Assembly: GCA_965287045.1 (NCBI GenBank)
Contig: OZ336892.1
Coordinates: forward strand, 24,738,001-24,802,000
Source of the DNA: Carcharhinus amblyrhynchos
Taxonomy: Eukaryota
DNA length: 64,000 nucleotides
Direction of reading: 5' to 3'
Both the position numbers and the translations under genes were made by a program. Shown here piece by piece: positions 25,511-39,145 of the stretch (position 1 is its first letter; each line of letters begins with the position of its first letter). A model generated the notes under the pieces. It worked only from the letters and a program-made list of their open reading frames with translations. It did no database searches and was not told the origin of the DNA.

Positions 25511-25922
25511 TTTATTGAATCATGCAATAAAACCACCATAGCATGGGAGGCCATTGGGCCCACTGTGCCTATGTGTCAACTCTTTGAAATGCTATCAAAT
25601 TTCCCTCTTATTTCTCTAGAGCACTGCAAATGTTATCTTTCTCCAGCAAGTAGCCAACAGCACCTCTCAAAAGGAAATTGAAGTTAGATATGAACTTCCA
25701 AGTTGGTAGTTGAAACATCCAAGTTAGGAAGATTTAAATGTTCGCTATATAAGCTGGTCTCTGTGTGGTTAGCCTCAATAATGCTGGACTAGAACTTATC
25801 ACCTGATTCCCTGCTAAAAGATAACACTCAAGAACATTCGAGGAGGCTCGGATGTGACTTGGCTGTTACATACCAGAGTTGGATATGATCCCTTGTAAAT
25901 AATGGTAACTTGGCTTAATGTG

Positions 25923-26223
25923 AGGGGTGGCATAATGGCAAGCACTGCTGCCTCACAGTGCCAGGACCTGGGTTCGATTCCCAGCTTGGGTCATTGTTTG
26001 TGTGGAGTTTGCATATTCTGTGTCTACGTGGGTTTTCTCTGGGTGCTCCAATTTCCTCTCAGTCCAAAGATGTGCAGGTTAGGTTGATTGGCTATGCTAA
26101 ATTGTCCATTAGTATCACTGGGTTAGTAGGGTAAATAGGAAGGGTTACAGGGATGAGATTGTGGTCTGTGCAGACTCCATGAGCTGAATGGCTTCCTTCT
26201 GCACTGCAAGGATTCTACGATTC
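25923..26223 (+). mobile_element. HE1-type V-SINE
   Basis: B box GGTTCGATTCC, V-domain and GATTCTACGATTC tail. Confidence 0.9.
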
Positions 26224-26334
26224 CCTCCATTTAACTGTGGTCCATAGAGTCAAAAATCTTCAGGAGAAGAAGATTTGTGTCCAAGGAAACATTAACAACT
26301 TTCTCATTAATATTAGTTTGGTTACTAAATTGAT

Positions 26335-28019
26335 AAGTGAGATGCTAAATTAATATTTCTCATCAGTATTCACTGTTGAGAAAAGCATAGATATTAGGGA
26401 ACTTGGGGAAAATGGTGATGTGTTGAGGAGTGCACATATTACAAAGAAGGAGGTGCTGGAAGTTTTAAAGTGCATCAAGGTAGATAAATCCCCAAGTCCT
26501 GATGAAGTGTATCCCAGGCCATTGTGGGAGGCTAGGGAGAAAACTGTGGGTCCCCTAGCAGAAATATTTGAATCATTGATAGGCATAGGGGAGGTGCCTG
26601 AAGGCTGGGGAGCGGAGAATGTTGTGCCTTTGTTTAAGAAGGGCTGCAGGGAAAACCCTGGGAACTACAGACTGGTGAACCCCACATCGGTAGTGGGTAA
26701 GTTGTTAGAAGGTATTCTCAGAGACAGGATCTACAGGCATTTAGAGACTGATTAGGGACAGTCAGCACGGCTTTGAGTGGAAAATCACGTCTCACAAATT
26801 TGATTGAGGCTGTTGAAGGGGTAACCAAGAAGGTAGACGAAGGCAGTGCAGTTGATGTTGTCTACATGGACTTTAGCAAGGCCTTTGACAAAGGATTGCA
26901 TGGTAGGTTGTTGCATAAGGTTAAATCTCTCTAGGTGTAGGGTGAGGTAGCAAATGGATACAAAATTGGCTTGATTACAACCACCCTCTGTCTTCTGTCA
27001 AGGGTTGTTTTTCAAACTGGAGGCCTGTGACCAGCAATGTGTCTCAGGGAGCAGTGTTGGGTCCGCTGTTATTTGTCATTTATGTTAATGATTTGGTTGA
27101 GCATTTAGTAGGCATGGTTAGTAAGTTTGCAAGTAACACCAAGATTGGTGGCATAGTGGACAATATCTAGGATTGCAATGGGATCTTGATCAATTGGGCC
27201 AGTGGGCTGATGAATGGTAGATGGAGTTTAATTTGGATAAATGTGAGGTGATGCATTTTGGTAGATCGAACTAGGGCAGGAATTACTTAATTAATAGTAG
27301 GGCACTGGGGAGAGTTATAGAACAGATCTAGGGGTACAGGTTCATAGCTCCTTGAAAGTGGAGTCACAAGTGGACAGAGTGGTGAAGGCAGCGTTCAGCA
27401 TGCTTGATTTCATTTGTCAGCATATTGAATACAGGAGATAGGATGTCTTGAAGTTGTACAAGACATTGTAAGGTCACACTTGGAATACTGTGTACAGTGC
27501 TGGTCACCCTATTATAGAAGGGATATTATTAAACGAGAGAGCACAGAAAAGATTTACTAGGATGCTACCAGGACTTGATGGTTTGAATTATAAGGAGAGG
27601 TTGGATAGACTGGGACTCTTTCTCTGGCGCGTAGGAGGCTTAGAGTTGACCTTATAGAGGTCTATAAAATGAGGGACTAGATCAGCTAGGTAGTCAATAT
27701 CTTTTCACAAAGGTAGGGGACTCTAAAACTAGAGGGCATAGGTGTAAGGTGAGAAGGGAGAGATACAAAAGGGTCCAGAGGGGCTATTATTTCACACAGA
27801 AGGTAGTGTGTGTCTGGAACAAGCTGCCAGTGGTAGTAGTAGAGGTGGCTACAATTTTGTCTTTTAAAAAGCATTTACACAGTTACATGGGTAAGATGGG
27901 TATAGAGAGACATTAGTTAAATGTGGGCAATTGGAACTAGCTTAGGGGGTTTAAAAAATGGGTGGCATGGACAAGTTGGGCCAAAGGGCCTGTTTCCATA
28001 CTGGAAACCTCTATGACTA
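26335..28019 (+). mobile_element. CR1 LINE, 5'-truncated, multiply disabled
   Basis: ORF 26420-26755 DKSPSPD..NVVPLFKKG..PGNYR. 3' GGGCCAAAGGGCCTGT...CTCTATGACT. Confidence 0.95.
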
Positions 28020-28061
28020 GCACTCAATCCTTTGAGTACCAAATTTTGTTGCCAGCATTCA

Positions 28062-28272
28062 AATAAAAGCAAATTACTGCAGATGTTGGAAATTGGAAAT
28101 AAAAAGATAAAATGCCCTGGAAAAGCTCAACAAGTCTGGCAGGATCTATGGAATGAGCAACTGAATTAACATTTCAAATCTGTATGACTCTTCTTCAGGA
28201 ATGTTATTTTTTTTCTCTCTCTACAGATGCTTCCAGCCTTGCTGAGTTTATCCAAAACTTCTGTTTTTATTC
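28062..28272. mobile_element. Penelope-derived inverted-repeat element with degenerate hammerhead on minus strand
   Basis: ~58-bp inverted arms (28098-28157 vs 28214-28271). Minus strand 28198-28166 reads CTGAAGA-A-GAGTC/ATACA/GATTT-GAAA-TGTT. Confidence 0.6.
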
Positions 28273-31200
28273 TAAAACCACACACTTTGATGGAACAGAT
28301 GCAGAATTGTGAATGCTGATTAAAAGTATTTTGTAGAATCATGGAGCAAATTTCACATTTCCAGGTTTTTTTTAAAAATGGAAACTTTAAAAACTGCTTT
28401 CCAGGAGTTGATGGAGTTCAAGGTGCAGAGCATCTATCATCTTTGGAAAAGTTTGGAGGTGGAAGCAAAATAATCTTTGGGAAAATTTAAATGAAAATCC
28501 GACCTTTAAGTTAATGGTGTAAGATTACTACCATTAAAAGATCAGAAACTTAATGGCATTTCAAAGTCATTATGACAATTTAGGCAAACTATGAAAATGG
28601 GCCTATCGACAGCTCTCCTGATGACTATTGTATAAATCATCATTGTAAAATGCAAACAAGTACAGGCTTCATTGTCAACCACAAATAAATGTTAATTGCA
28701 GGATTAAATGGAGTTTACTTATTTGATTTGTATCAGGAGACACCTTTCAAATGAACTTTGGAAGTAAAGTTGCTTTTGTTGTAATCCTGGTGTGCATTTG
28801 GTTATCAAAATTTTAAGCTCACCTAAATGGTTTATTAAACAGAATGTTTTTGTGTGAATTGTAATATTTTCCCCCTTGCAGGCAGAGTTGTGTTTGTATA
28901 GACATGTGCTACAGTGAAGACTTAATTATAAGCCTTAAATTTACAAGGCAAAGCTGAATTTTTACAGCAAAGTATTTGTGAATGGAAAGCAGCATCACCA
29001 ATCACAAGTGGAACTTTAAATTAAATTGAATTATTAAAATAAGCTGATCATTGTTATTTGGCAGTCACTGCAAAGCCCATTTTGCTTTAAATTTGGATAA
29101 TATACATTTTAACAGAGCTGTTTTGTGTTTTCTCTTCAAGCAAAGTTGTGGTTGGTTGAATTTGTTTTACCTTTATAAGTACAGTTTAATATTAAGAGCA
29201 TTTAGCATCATTTTCATTTAAAAGGTCCCACATATTGACCATAGGTGACAGTTCAGGATGTCTCTTTGGCCTGTGTATTTCTCCAATTGGGTGGTCCATC
29301 TGAAGCTATCAAAACAAGATAGCTTGATTGGAGAATGTACCTTCAACAGTGTATCGACATTATAGGTTCAGTGCTAATGCACAGGAATTTCAATTTCACT
29401 CCAATGTTGAGCTTGTGGAGTATAAATTAGATGCGGGAAACAAACCACTCAAAAGTAAATTGGAGCAGGAATCTCATTCCAGTTTGATCTTGGGCTTGAT
29501 CTTGGCTTCAGATTCAAACTGCATTTGGCCTATGACTATAGCAGCTGTGTGGAGTGAATCCTGAACTAATGCCATAACCAAAATGCAAATGCATGTTTAA
29601 ACCTCAATAGTGCATATTCTTGAACAAATATATTTATACCAAACTCACAGGATACTTGCATTTGAATTGAATAGCTTGGCTGTTTTCAGGTACCTCAATA
29701 GTGATTATCCATTTGGAAGAAATGCCTATTGTAGCACTAAACCCCTGACCAGAAAGCATGATGCACAAGCTTTCAACTTTGCCTGTTGTTCATTTTCCCC
29801 TCCTGCAACTTGCACTTATTCTATTTTGAATCACCGATGAATCTTACTCAAACACACCATTTGTGTTCTCTGGAATGTTAGTATGTGCACTGGTTCTCAG
29901 GCAGGTGGATTGCTTGACTCAAGTCAATGTTTGTAATGGCCATTCCCCAACTTGCATGCAACCATACATCTTAGGGAATAAAGTAAAAGACAAAGTGGAA
30001 GAGTTGCAATGCATCTCTAGGCAAGATCATAAATCATGCACATCAGGGTAAAGTTTCCCCATCCCATTAGGAGTCAGAATATGAGAGTCAGTGTTGGAAG
30101 AATAATAATTTGATAATATTTGATGGCCAGTGGCACCATGCTATAAATCTGTCCTCAATTATATGTTCTACAGGCTTCATTTTCAAAAGACTAAAGATAT
30201 CTCCATATATTGTGACAGCCACTTAAACATGGATGGGTCAATTGGTCTTGGCTTTCTAAGTGGTTGTGAGCTACTGTAGTCCAGAAAAACAAATCCTGAT
30301 CCAGTTATGAACCACATATAAATGGTGGCTAATCTATCGAGATATGCAGATCCACAGGAGATATTTACAAAACATCTCCAATAAACTAAGAGCCAAAAAT
30401 CTCCCAGGGCACATAAATATTTCTTCATGCTGTGATGACATCAATATCATTAGCTGTTGCAATTGCCATCAGTTTATTGAAATGGGAGTTGTTTAAATTA
30501 CAGGAATGTTGTAAGGATGTCTGATGTCACAAGAGCAGAGTGTACAACAGATTAGTAATCTGAATAAAAGGTTTGTTTTTAAAAGCTGCAATTCATAAAT
30601 GATCACAAAAAAATGTACAGCATATGTTAAGCATCAGGTTAAATAATATGGTTTATACTTCAGTCAGAGGGGAGTGCCATGCTCAGAGTAAAAGTGAGGA
30701 TAATTGGCTATCTTCATTGGAGGTCCTCATCACTCTCTATGAATCTGGCAGCAACGAGCACATCCAAGCCCTGGCCATCACCACTGCCTCATCCCTGTTC
30801 CCTTTAACACTCTCCTCATTGGAGGAAACATACCACTGCCGTCTCTTCCTCAGACAGTTCCTGCCCCCATTGTAGTGCCAAAGAGATGCCTCTGAGTGAT
30901 TGCTTTCTGGAGTTACTCCTCTGCCTATGGTGCAGGCTCTGGACCTCTTCCTTTTCTGGATTTACTTGTGCTTTTGGCTAGCCAGGCACCTCCACTGACA
31001 TCATCTTTTCTCCTGCCTGTGAACCTGAAGAATGATTGTCAGGCTCCACCTCTCCTCTCTCTTCATTGCAATATCAAAGATAAAGACTTGACAGTTAGAA
31101 TTTGTCCCCTACAGGCCACTGTTTGCCCAATCATCAGGAGCTACCTCTCAAAAGCCAGTGAGTTAAGTCCCAGCCATCACTTGATTCTCAGCCTTTGCTG

Positions 31201-32684
31201 AACGGGCAACATCCCACACCAACTTCACCCCACACTACATGATTAAATGGTGACAACTGTCACCACTCTACTGATCCTGAGTTCTTATCTCAGGTTTAAG
31301 TACGGTCCCAAGCTTCGCTCCAATACCTTGCGTGCAACACAGTTTATGGAGGGTACTTGTCAAAATGCACCTCAGCACAACTACCGCACTGCCCGAGGCT
31401 TCCCTTCCCACCCTAAGGCCCTTTGAAGAGGCTTGTGGCCCGGTAGCAATAGGTATCCTTAGGAAAATTGATTTTCAACTTGTCTTCCCTCTATTAGCCA
31501 TCCAGGTTGATCCCTGGCTTCTCTGGAGTCAAAGCTGCTCACCCTGACCTCATATTGCTGTACCGAGTCCTTTGCTGGCACCAACATTTTTACCACCCCC
31601 ACCCCACCCCTCCACCAGGTCATGACCACTCATCAACGCTCTCCCGCAGCCCCCCAATCCTTTTCTGATATCCCTTCTCCCCTTGAATAGTCCGCAGCCT
31701 CTTCCCCACAAGGGCTGCTTGCCAGGTGTTCACCTTTTGAAAGCAGCTGTGATTCATGCTGCCATGACAGAACCTTTTGATTTGAACCTGGGAGGGTGGG
31801 GGCACACAGGGGAAGAGTTGGAATGATTTCTCGATGGAGGCCGATAATGGAGGTTCCTGCCATTGCAAGACAGGAAATGAGACATCTCTTATACGGTGGG
31901 TGGGTGGGGGTGATTGTAGAAAGCATTCCTGCCAATATAAAACACAACTTTGGCCTTTTTGCAATATTTTCTGCTCCCATCAGCAAACCCTGCCCAATAA
32001 AATTAGTAGCACAAATACCTGCCAAAAACTATCAGATGCTTCATTGCACAGTTGATCAAATGTGATATGTTTACACAATTCCAAACCATTTTCCTCTTGG
32101 AATTTGTGCACTGCAGCATATAATAAATACAATATGCAGTTTGAAAATAGAAAACAGATCAACTACATTCAGTAAGCATTTTAATACAAAGCTTTTAAAA
32201 GGAAGAGCACACAGTTACATGGCTGCAATTTAAGAGAGGGGATTGAAGTAAACCATAAAAACAAATCCTGTTTTTAATAATATGCATCAGAAGCCAATCT
32301 TAGTTTCAAGGAAATATAATCATACCCATGCATTGAGAAGATTGCCATCAAATATTATTTGCTGATTTTTTTTTTCCATTTGGTATTAGTAATTTTCTTT
32401 CCAGTTGCTATCATGAATCAAACAAAAAGTTGGACTGCCAACTTCTGTTTCTATGCTATTTCCAAAACAGTATTGTGAACGTATAGATCAAAGAATCTTA
32501 CTAAATTAATCCATGGCCACAAATTCTAATAGAAGGATCACCACCCAAATAAGGCGTAAAATTCAAATTTCCTTAACTAACTTAAATTAGCAGACTTACA
32601 GCTCATAAAACAGCTTGAAACTCTCCTTAGATCAAGAATTGACTGAGACCCCCCCAAAAAAAACTTTGAATGTTAACTGTTGTT

Positions 32685-32843
32685 CATAGAAATAATAGAA
32701 ACCTTACAGTGCAAAAAGAGGCCATTTGGCTCATCGAGTCTGCACTGACCACAATCCCACCCAGGCCGTACCCCAATATCCCTATATATTTACCCGCTAA
32801 TCCCTTTAACCTATGCATCTCAGGACACTAAGGGGCAATTTTT
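32685..32843 (-). mobile_element. HE1 SINE 3' fragment
   Basis: Close match to 43921-44070. Confidence 0.85.
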
Positions 32844-33621
32844 GACAGTTGTTGCTGTATGGCGGCTTACTTTTCCCCAAGTATTTGCATTGTCAGAGGG
32901 TCTGCAGAAGAGAAAGTCGACATATTTCAGCAAGAACAGTAACTCAATTTAATGGGTTAAGAAGCCAAGACAATTAAAACTAGAAGCATATTTACCATTT
33001 AATCAGCTATTTTTCCAGTTAACTCTTATTGCCGACACAGTAAAATCCCCAATGATCAAAATCACGGGGATTCACCCACAAATGAGTGTTAAGTGGTACT
33101 TCATGATAGACTAGGCCACATTCCCATGAATGCATCTCTATGTAACCCCTTATGCCTACACATGCAGTCTATGTCAAAAACAGCAGATCCAAATTAAATA
33201 ACAGTAAAGCAATAAATGTGTGAAAATGTTTTTATTCAATTTGTTCACACCCTACAATGGTCTTTGTTAAATGTCAGAGCTTTCCATTGAAAATGGCTGG
33301 GAGTTAGTTCTAGAAAAATTATGTTCTGTTAGCATGCCATCATTGGACATGCATAATACAATGCATCATGTTGTCAACGCAGTCAAACTTGTTTTCATGC
33401 TGTTAGTTTAGTCATACTCTCAGCTTTGCACGTCCATTTCCAAGAAAGTCTCAGTCTAACGAAGGCTTGCTCAATACTCCACAATTTCATGCTTTTGAAT
33501 GTCTAACTTCATTCTGATTGTTTGGTGTGGTCATATGACGAGCTTAGAGAGGACTGGCTTACCTGGAGTTACCAGTGCAGAAATTTGGTTTATGAAGGAC
33601 ATCATTCAATGAAATTTGCTA

Positions 33622-33928
33622 TTAGAATCATAGAATCCTACCGTGCAGGAGGCCATTCAGCCCATCAAGTCTGCACCGACTGCAACCCCACGCAGACCCT
33701 AATCCCATGCATTTACCCAAGCTAGCCCCCCTGACTCTAAGGGGCAATTTACTATGGCTAATCCTTCTAACTGCACATTTTTGGACTGTGGGAGGAGTCA
33801 GGAGCACTCAGGGGAAACCCAGGCAGACACAGGGAGAATGTGCAAATTTCACACAGACAGTGATCCAAGCCGGGATTCGAGCCAGAGTCCCTGGTGCTCA
33901 GAGGCAGCAGTGCTAACCATTATGCCTT
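33622..33928 (-). mobile_element. HE1-type V-SINE
   Basis: TAGAATCATAGAATCC tail, V-domain, B box (GGATTCGAGCC on +). Confidence 0.9.
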
Positions 33929-34486
33929 CCAGCATATTCAGCCAGCAGGATTTATCGATGACTTCAGCATAATGGAATTTTGTGTCAACAGAGCCTGCCT
34001 CATCACAATTTCACTGTATGTCCCATGAACCATGTTAAATTTTACATCTGACAAATAAAAGCCATAAATGTGAATTTATTTATTAGCGCAACTGTTCATT
34101 TTCTTTCAAATATTCACCATATTAGCAATACCAGATTGCTTTTGAGCAGAAAGTGAAGACCTAATTTATGTCCTTCCTTCTTCTAAACATCTGCTATAAG
34201 CCTGAGCGAGTCATTGCTGAAGCATTTTACAAATTCAGATTATTAACACAACACAGAAGCTGGTCGTACTCTGTAGAAGTAGCAGCTACTACTTTTATAT
34301 CTCAGGTTTGCTGTGTAGCAGAGCTTCTATAAATTATCCAATTGGAAAACACAGGAAAAAATGGAATAGCATTAACAGGTGTACATACTGCACACAAAAG
34401 TTCCATGCAACTAGGTTATAAGCCCACAGTAAAACAACATAAGTAATTTGCCTATGATTCTACTGTCTGGGGAATACTTAAATTGA

Positions 34487-36461
34487 ATAGCATTTAGATC
34501 AGGTTATAAGAGTAGTGGGCGAGAAGAGGATTGGGAGAGGTTTAAATGTCAAAGATTGACAAAGAAGTTGATAAAGAAGGGTAGGAGAAACTATGAAGCT
34601 GGGCTAGCGCTTAATATAAAAAAGGATAGCAAGAGTTTTTATAAATATATAAAAAGGAAGAGGCTGGCTAGGGTGAACGTTGGACCCTTAGAGGATGAGA
34701 GGGGGGACTTACTGGTAGGGGATGGGGAAATGGCTGAGGTCTTGAATAACTTTTTTGTTTCGGTCTTCACGGAGGAGGACATGAATAATTTGCCGGGTGT
34801 TAGCGATGGAAAGGTGGTAGGACTGGAGGGTATCAATGACATTACTGTTACTAGAGAGGCGGTGCTCGACAGACTGGAGGGACTGATTGTGGACAAGTCC
34901 CCAGGACCGGATGGAATGCATCCGAGGGTTCTGAAGGAAATGGCGGAGGTGATAGTAGATGCCTTGGTGGTTATTTTCCAAACGTCGCTGGATTCCAGGG
35001 AAGTGCCGGAAGATTGGAAAACAGCTAATGTTACGCCGTTGTTTAAGAAGGGTGGCAGGCAAAAGGCAGGGAATTATAGGCTGGTTAGTTTAACGTCTGT
35101 TGCAGGTAAAACGTTAGAATCCGTCATCAAGGAGGAAATAGCGAGGCATCTTGAGGGGAATTGCTTGATAGAGCAGACGCAGCACGGTTTCGTTAAGGGG
35201 AAGTTGTGTCTGACAAATTTATTGGAGTTCTATGAGGATGTGTCTAGGGTGGTGGATAGAGGAGAGCCGGTGGATGTGGTCTTTCTTGATTTTCAGAAGG
35301 CGTTTGACAAGGTACCTCAAGAAGTTATTGCAGAAGGGGGCATGGAGTTGGGGGTAGGGTGTTAGCGTGGATAGAGGATTGGTTGTCAAATAGGAGGCAG
35401 AGAGTTGGGGTTAATGGGTGCTATTCAGATTGGCGGTTGGTGACTAGTGGAGTGCCCCAGGAGTCGGTGCTGGGGCCTCAGCTATTTACCATTTATATAG
35501 ATGATCTGGAGGAGGGAACCGAGTGTATGGTGTCGAAATTTGCTGATGACACCAAGATTGGTGGAACGGCAAATTGTGCAGAGGGTGTGGAGAGTCTGCA
35601 GAAGGATCTAGATAGGCTGGGCGAATGGGCCAGGAACTGGCAAATGGAATTTAATGTTGGCAAGTGTGAGGTGGTCCACTTTGGTAGGAAGGACTATTAC
35701 TTACGTGGCGAAAAACTGCAGCATGCAACAGTGCAGAGGGACCTCGGGGTCCTTGTGCATGAGTCGCAAAAACCCAACTTGCAGGTGCAGCAGATGGTCA
35801 GGAAGGCTAATGGGATGCTGGCCTTCATAGCAAGAGGGATTGAATATAAAAGTAGGGAGGTCTTGCTGCAGCTGTATAGGGCATTGGTGGGGCCACAGCT
35901 GGAGTACTGTGTGCAGTTTTGGTCACCGCACTTACGCAAGGATATTTTGGCCTTGGAGGGAGTGCAGAGGAGGTTTACTAGGCTGATACCGGAGTTGAGG
36001 GGGTTGAGCTATGAGGAGATGCTGAATGAACTAGGCTTGTACTCGTTAGAGTTTAGAAGAATGAGGGGAGATCTCATTGAGACGTATAAGATGATGAATG
36101 GGATGGATAGGATAGGATAGAGGTGGAGAGACTCTTCCTGCTCAGAAAGGACAGTAGGACTAGGGGGCACAGCCTCAAGATAAAGGGAGGCGGTTTAGAA
36201 TGGAGTTGACGAGGAACTTCTTCAGTCAAAGGGTGGTGAATCTCTGGAATTCTCTGCCCGTTGAAGTGGTGGAGGCTGCCTCGCTAAATATTTTTAAGAT
36301 GCGGGTTGATGGGTTTTTGATAAGCGAGGGGATTAAGGGTTATGGGGAGAGGGCGGGAATGTGGAACTGAGCCATGACAGATCAGCCATGATCTTATTGA
36401 ATGGCGGGGCGGGCTCGAAGGGCTAGATGGCCTACTCCTGCTCCTATTTCTTATGTTCTTA
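34487..36461 (+). mobile_element. Young CR1 LINE, 5'-truncated, ORF2 broken by frameshifts
   Basis: ORFs 34556-35365 and 35359-36120 (DKSPGPDG, QHGF, DFQKAFDKVP, FADD). Tail TTTCTTATGTTCTTAT. Confidence 0.97.
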
Positions 36462-37240
36462 TAATGGAAATTGACTTTTGCCAACACTAGTTAAATTCAA
36501 AACGTAAACTACTAATGATGCAGAAAGAAAATTAATGCACCTCTTCTCTTAGTTTCCACAATGAAAAAGTAGTTTCCATATATTAAGAGAGCTGTAAAAG
36601 AAAGTACTTTAAAACTATAATTCAACAGAGATTTTTGTTCTTGCAATCTCGACCTCTTCTGAACCCAAAAGATTAGGTTACTATTGCCTTTTGATGCATT
36701 ATTTTATTGGATTTTTAAAATGAAAGATTTAACTTTACTTAAAAGTGGTAATTTGCATAAAGCAGATCTGCCTCTGACTTTGCTTTGGTTGCGCTCCACA
36801 TCTCCACAGCCTTTCATTAAATTCTTGCTTTCAGCCATTCCAGTTCTCTTTAATTACAAAGAATGTCATAAATAGTGTAGGCACTGGCTTCTCACTAGTT
36901 ATCATTGATGGATTGCCTCCCTGACTGACACCCCCAGAAGTGAAACTTGAATCAGTGACAGAAATCCCATCTGATTGTAACATTCGACAACGATAAAGGA
37001 CCAGTAGAAATTCTTAAAAAATATTTTGGTTTCAATGTTAAACATACATTTTAATCATCAACTATTTTTTCTAATTGGGAATTTTCCTAAATTCATGTCA
37101 AAGTTCTTTTCACAAAACCAAAACTGATAATACACCTCAGAAGAGGTAAGCATGAAGAATTTGATTTTGGGAAAAACCTGCAATTTGTCTCAGATGGAAG
37201 GGAAGAAGTGGAAGAAAAGACTCCTGGCAGGTGCAAAGAG

Positions 37241-37690
37241 TTTCTTATTTTTACATACAAAATTGTGTACATTTAATATTGTCTAATTGATGTATAATTG
37301 CTCCAATGTCGATCTGTCACGTGTACACAGTGAGAGAAACTTTAGTTCTTTGAAAATTGGGACACCCCAAGTTCCAGATAGTTGACTAGAAGTGATAGAT
37401 GGAATGACTCTTCCTTAAACCATTTTTGTTGGCTCTTATTGCACAGTTTCACTGATTTTCAATGATGAGCTGATGAGTACCCGTCATTGAATAATTTCTA
37501 TATTAGCTTTAGCCTTTTCTATTAGCCCTTGGATAACTTCAGGATTTGTCACATCTTTGTTTTCTTGAAAAGCATCCTTAATTCTCCAGACTGCAAAGGT
37601 CCTATAATTGTAACTGGAAAACTTGCTTTCCTTCAGCATCATCCTGTATAATGACAACACCTGACTGCTTGTGGGCACCGCCATCTTTTG
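37241..37690 (-). pseudogene. LYRM4: Processed pseudogene of LYR motif-containing protein 4 (ISD11)
   Basis: [45 protein letters not shown] matches LYRM4. It is intronless, has a premature TGA at 37484-37486, and a deletion precedes LIIENQ* (stop 37449-37451). ATTAAA at 37277-37272 and A-rich tail at 37252-37241. Confidence 0.92.
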
Positions 37691-39145
37691 ATCCCAAACC
37701 TCTCAAGGCTGCTGACTTTCAGCTGTCACTTACGTTCACTTATTGATATCAGCTCTCAAAATCTTTGCCACCTCTTTGGTAAATCATGCTGCATATATGT
37801 GAAGGGGGATCTAGGAAAATACATTTTAGTTCCTCACTCTTGTTGCAAATTTTGTACTGAACAGGATAAGTATGACACCAACCATAGTATCTCTATCAAT
37901 CAATTCTTGGCCAAGAACAGCAGGGTTAGGCACAGAATAAAACTTTGACTCAGCTCAAATTCTGTGTTAAGAAATTCACCACTTACCATGCAAATTTTTA
38001 TTTCTCCCAATAGACATCTTAAAGTTTAGACTCCCACTTGTTGTAGTCTGCTCTGTGTTAAACATTCAAACTCCTTTGGGATCTAATTTCACAGACAATT
38101 TTTAAAATAAAGGGAACTGTTAACCTATTTACATGGATCTGACTTCGTTCCATATATTGGAAATCATTTTTATTTTGCCAACACAGTAGGCCTCTTGACA
38201 ATCTAATCAGAACAATTCAGTTTTGGATGTATCTACAATATTCACTGCACTCTTCAGTATTATTTTAATTTGTATCTTGACACAGCAATTTTACCATTAT
38301 TCAAATTGGTCTGTTCATGACTGCATCTATACTGAGACAGAAGTAGAAGTAAAAAAAAAATTCAGCTGAAACTATTTTTGTTCAATTATAGCACAAAAAG
38401 CAAGTTACAGGAACAGCATTTAAATTTGAGAATGTTGGAAAATCAAATCACAGAAGATACCCCGTCTCTATTGACTATCGCTCTTGGGAAAGTCTTTATT
38501 GTACAGTTTGAATTGGAGTTCCATCCTTTTCTGTGAAGCATTTTAGGCAATGATTTAAAATCCACTTCAGTATGATTTCCAAACTTAATGGCTGAGCTTT
38601 CTAATTTGTTGAGTTTTTGAAGCTTTTAATAACCATGTATTTCTCCATCTCATTTCTGAGGAACTTTTTTCTCAATAACTAGATGTCCTGTGGTTCTTCT
38701 CTCAGGTAACTCCGTTCAGTAGAGTGGAGCTGAGCTATCTGGTGAGGGATTCTACATGGGACCTGGTAGCTCAACAGTTGGGTAAATGGGAATTCAAAGG
38801 TTCACACAGCTCGAGTTGAAATAAAAAAATGGAGCAGAATTGATTTGCTGATTATCTAGCAATAAAATGTGAGATACAAGATTGGAAGGATTACTGGTAC
38901 TGATTCCAGGTAGAGATGACACTGGGATTGAGGCCACGACAGTTTGGAATCAGTGGCAGATTTGATTCTGTATAATGGAAAATATTTGCACTATTATTGC
39001 TGATCACATTTTACAATCTTTGTTAAATTGGCATAAAATTTCTATTGACTCTATTGAGGGGGCAAGACTTCCCATCAGTCACTCGAGATCATCAATGATA
39101 CTATCCTAAATTTTATGATTGGGGCATTTAAGTCTTAAAGAGTCT

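Noticed and set aside
30183-30428. ORF containing FVNISCGSAYLD, superficially like a SEA GS motif
   Set aside because: Weak splice signals, wrong phase, and short enough to be chance.
34556-36120. Long RT ORFs (also 3513-4951, 50392-51183, 51528-52319, 62677-63282) as host genes or a retron-like system
   Set aside because: They are 5'-truncated CR1 ORF2 fragments with LINE tails. None has a complete endonuclease plus RT.
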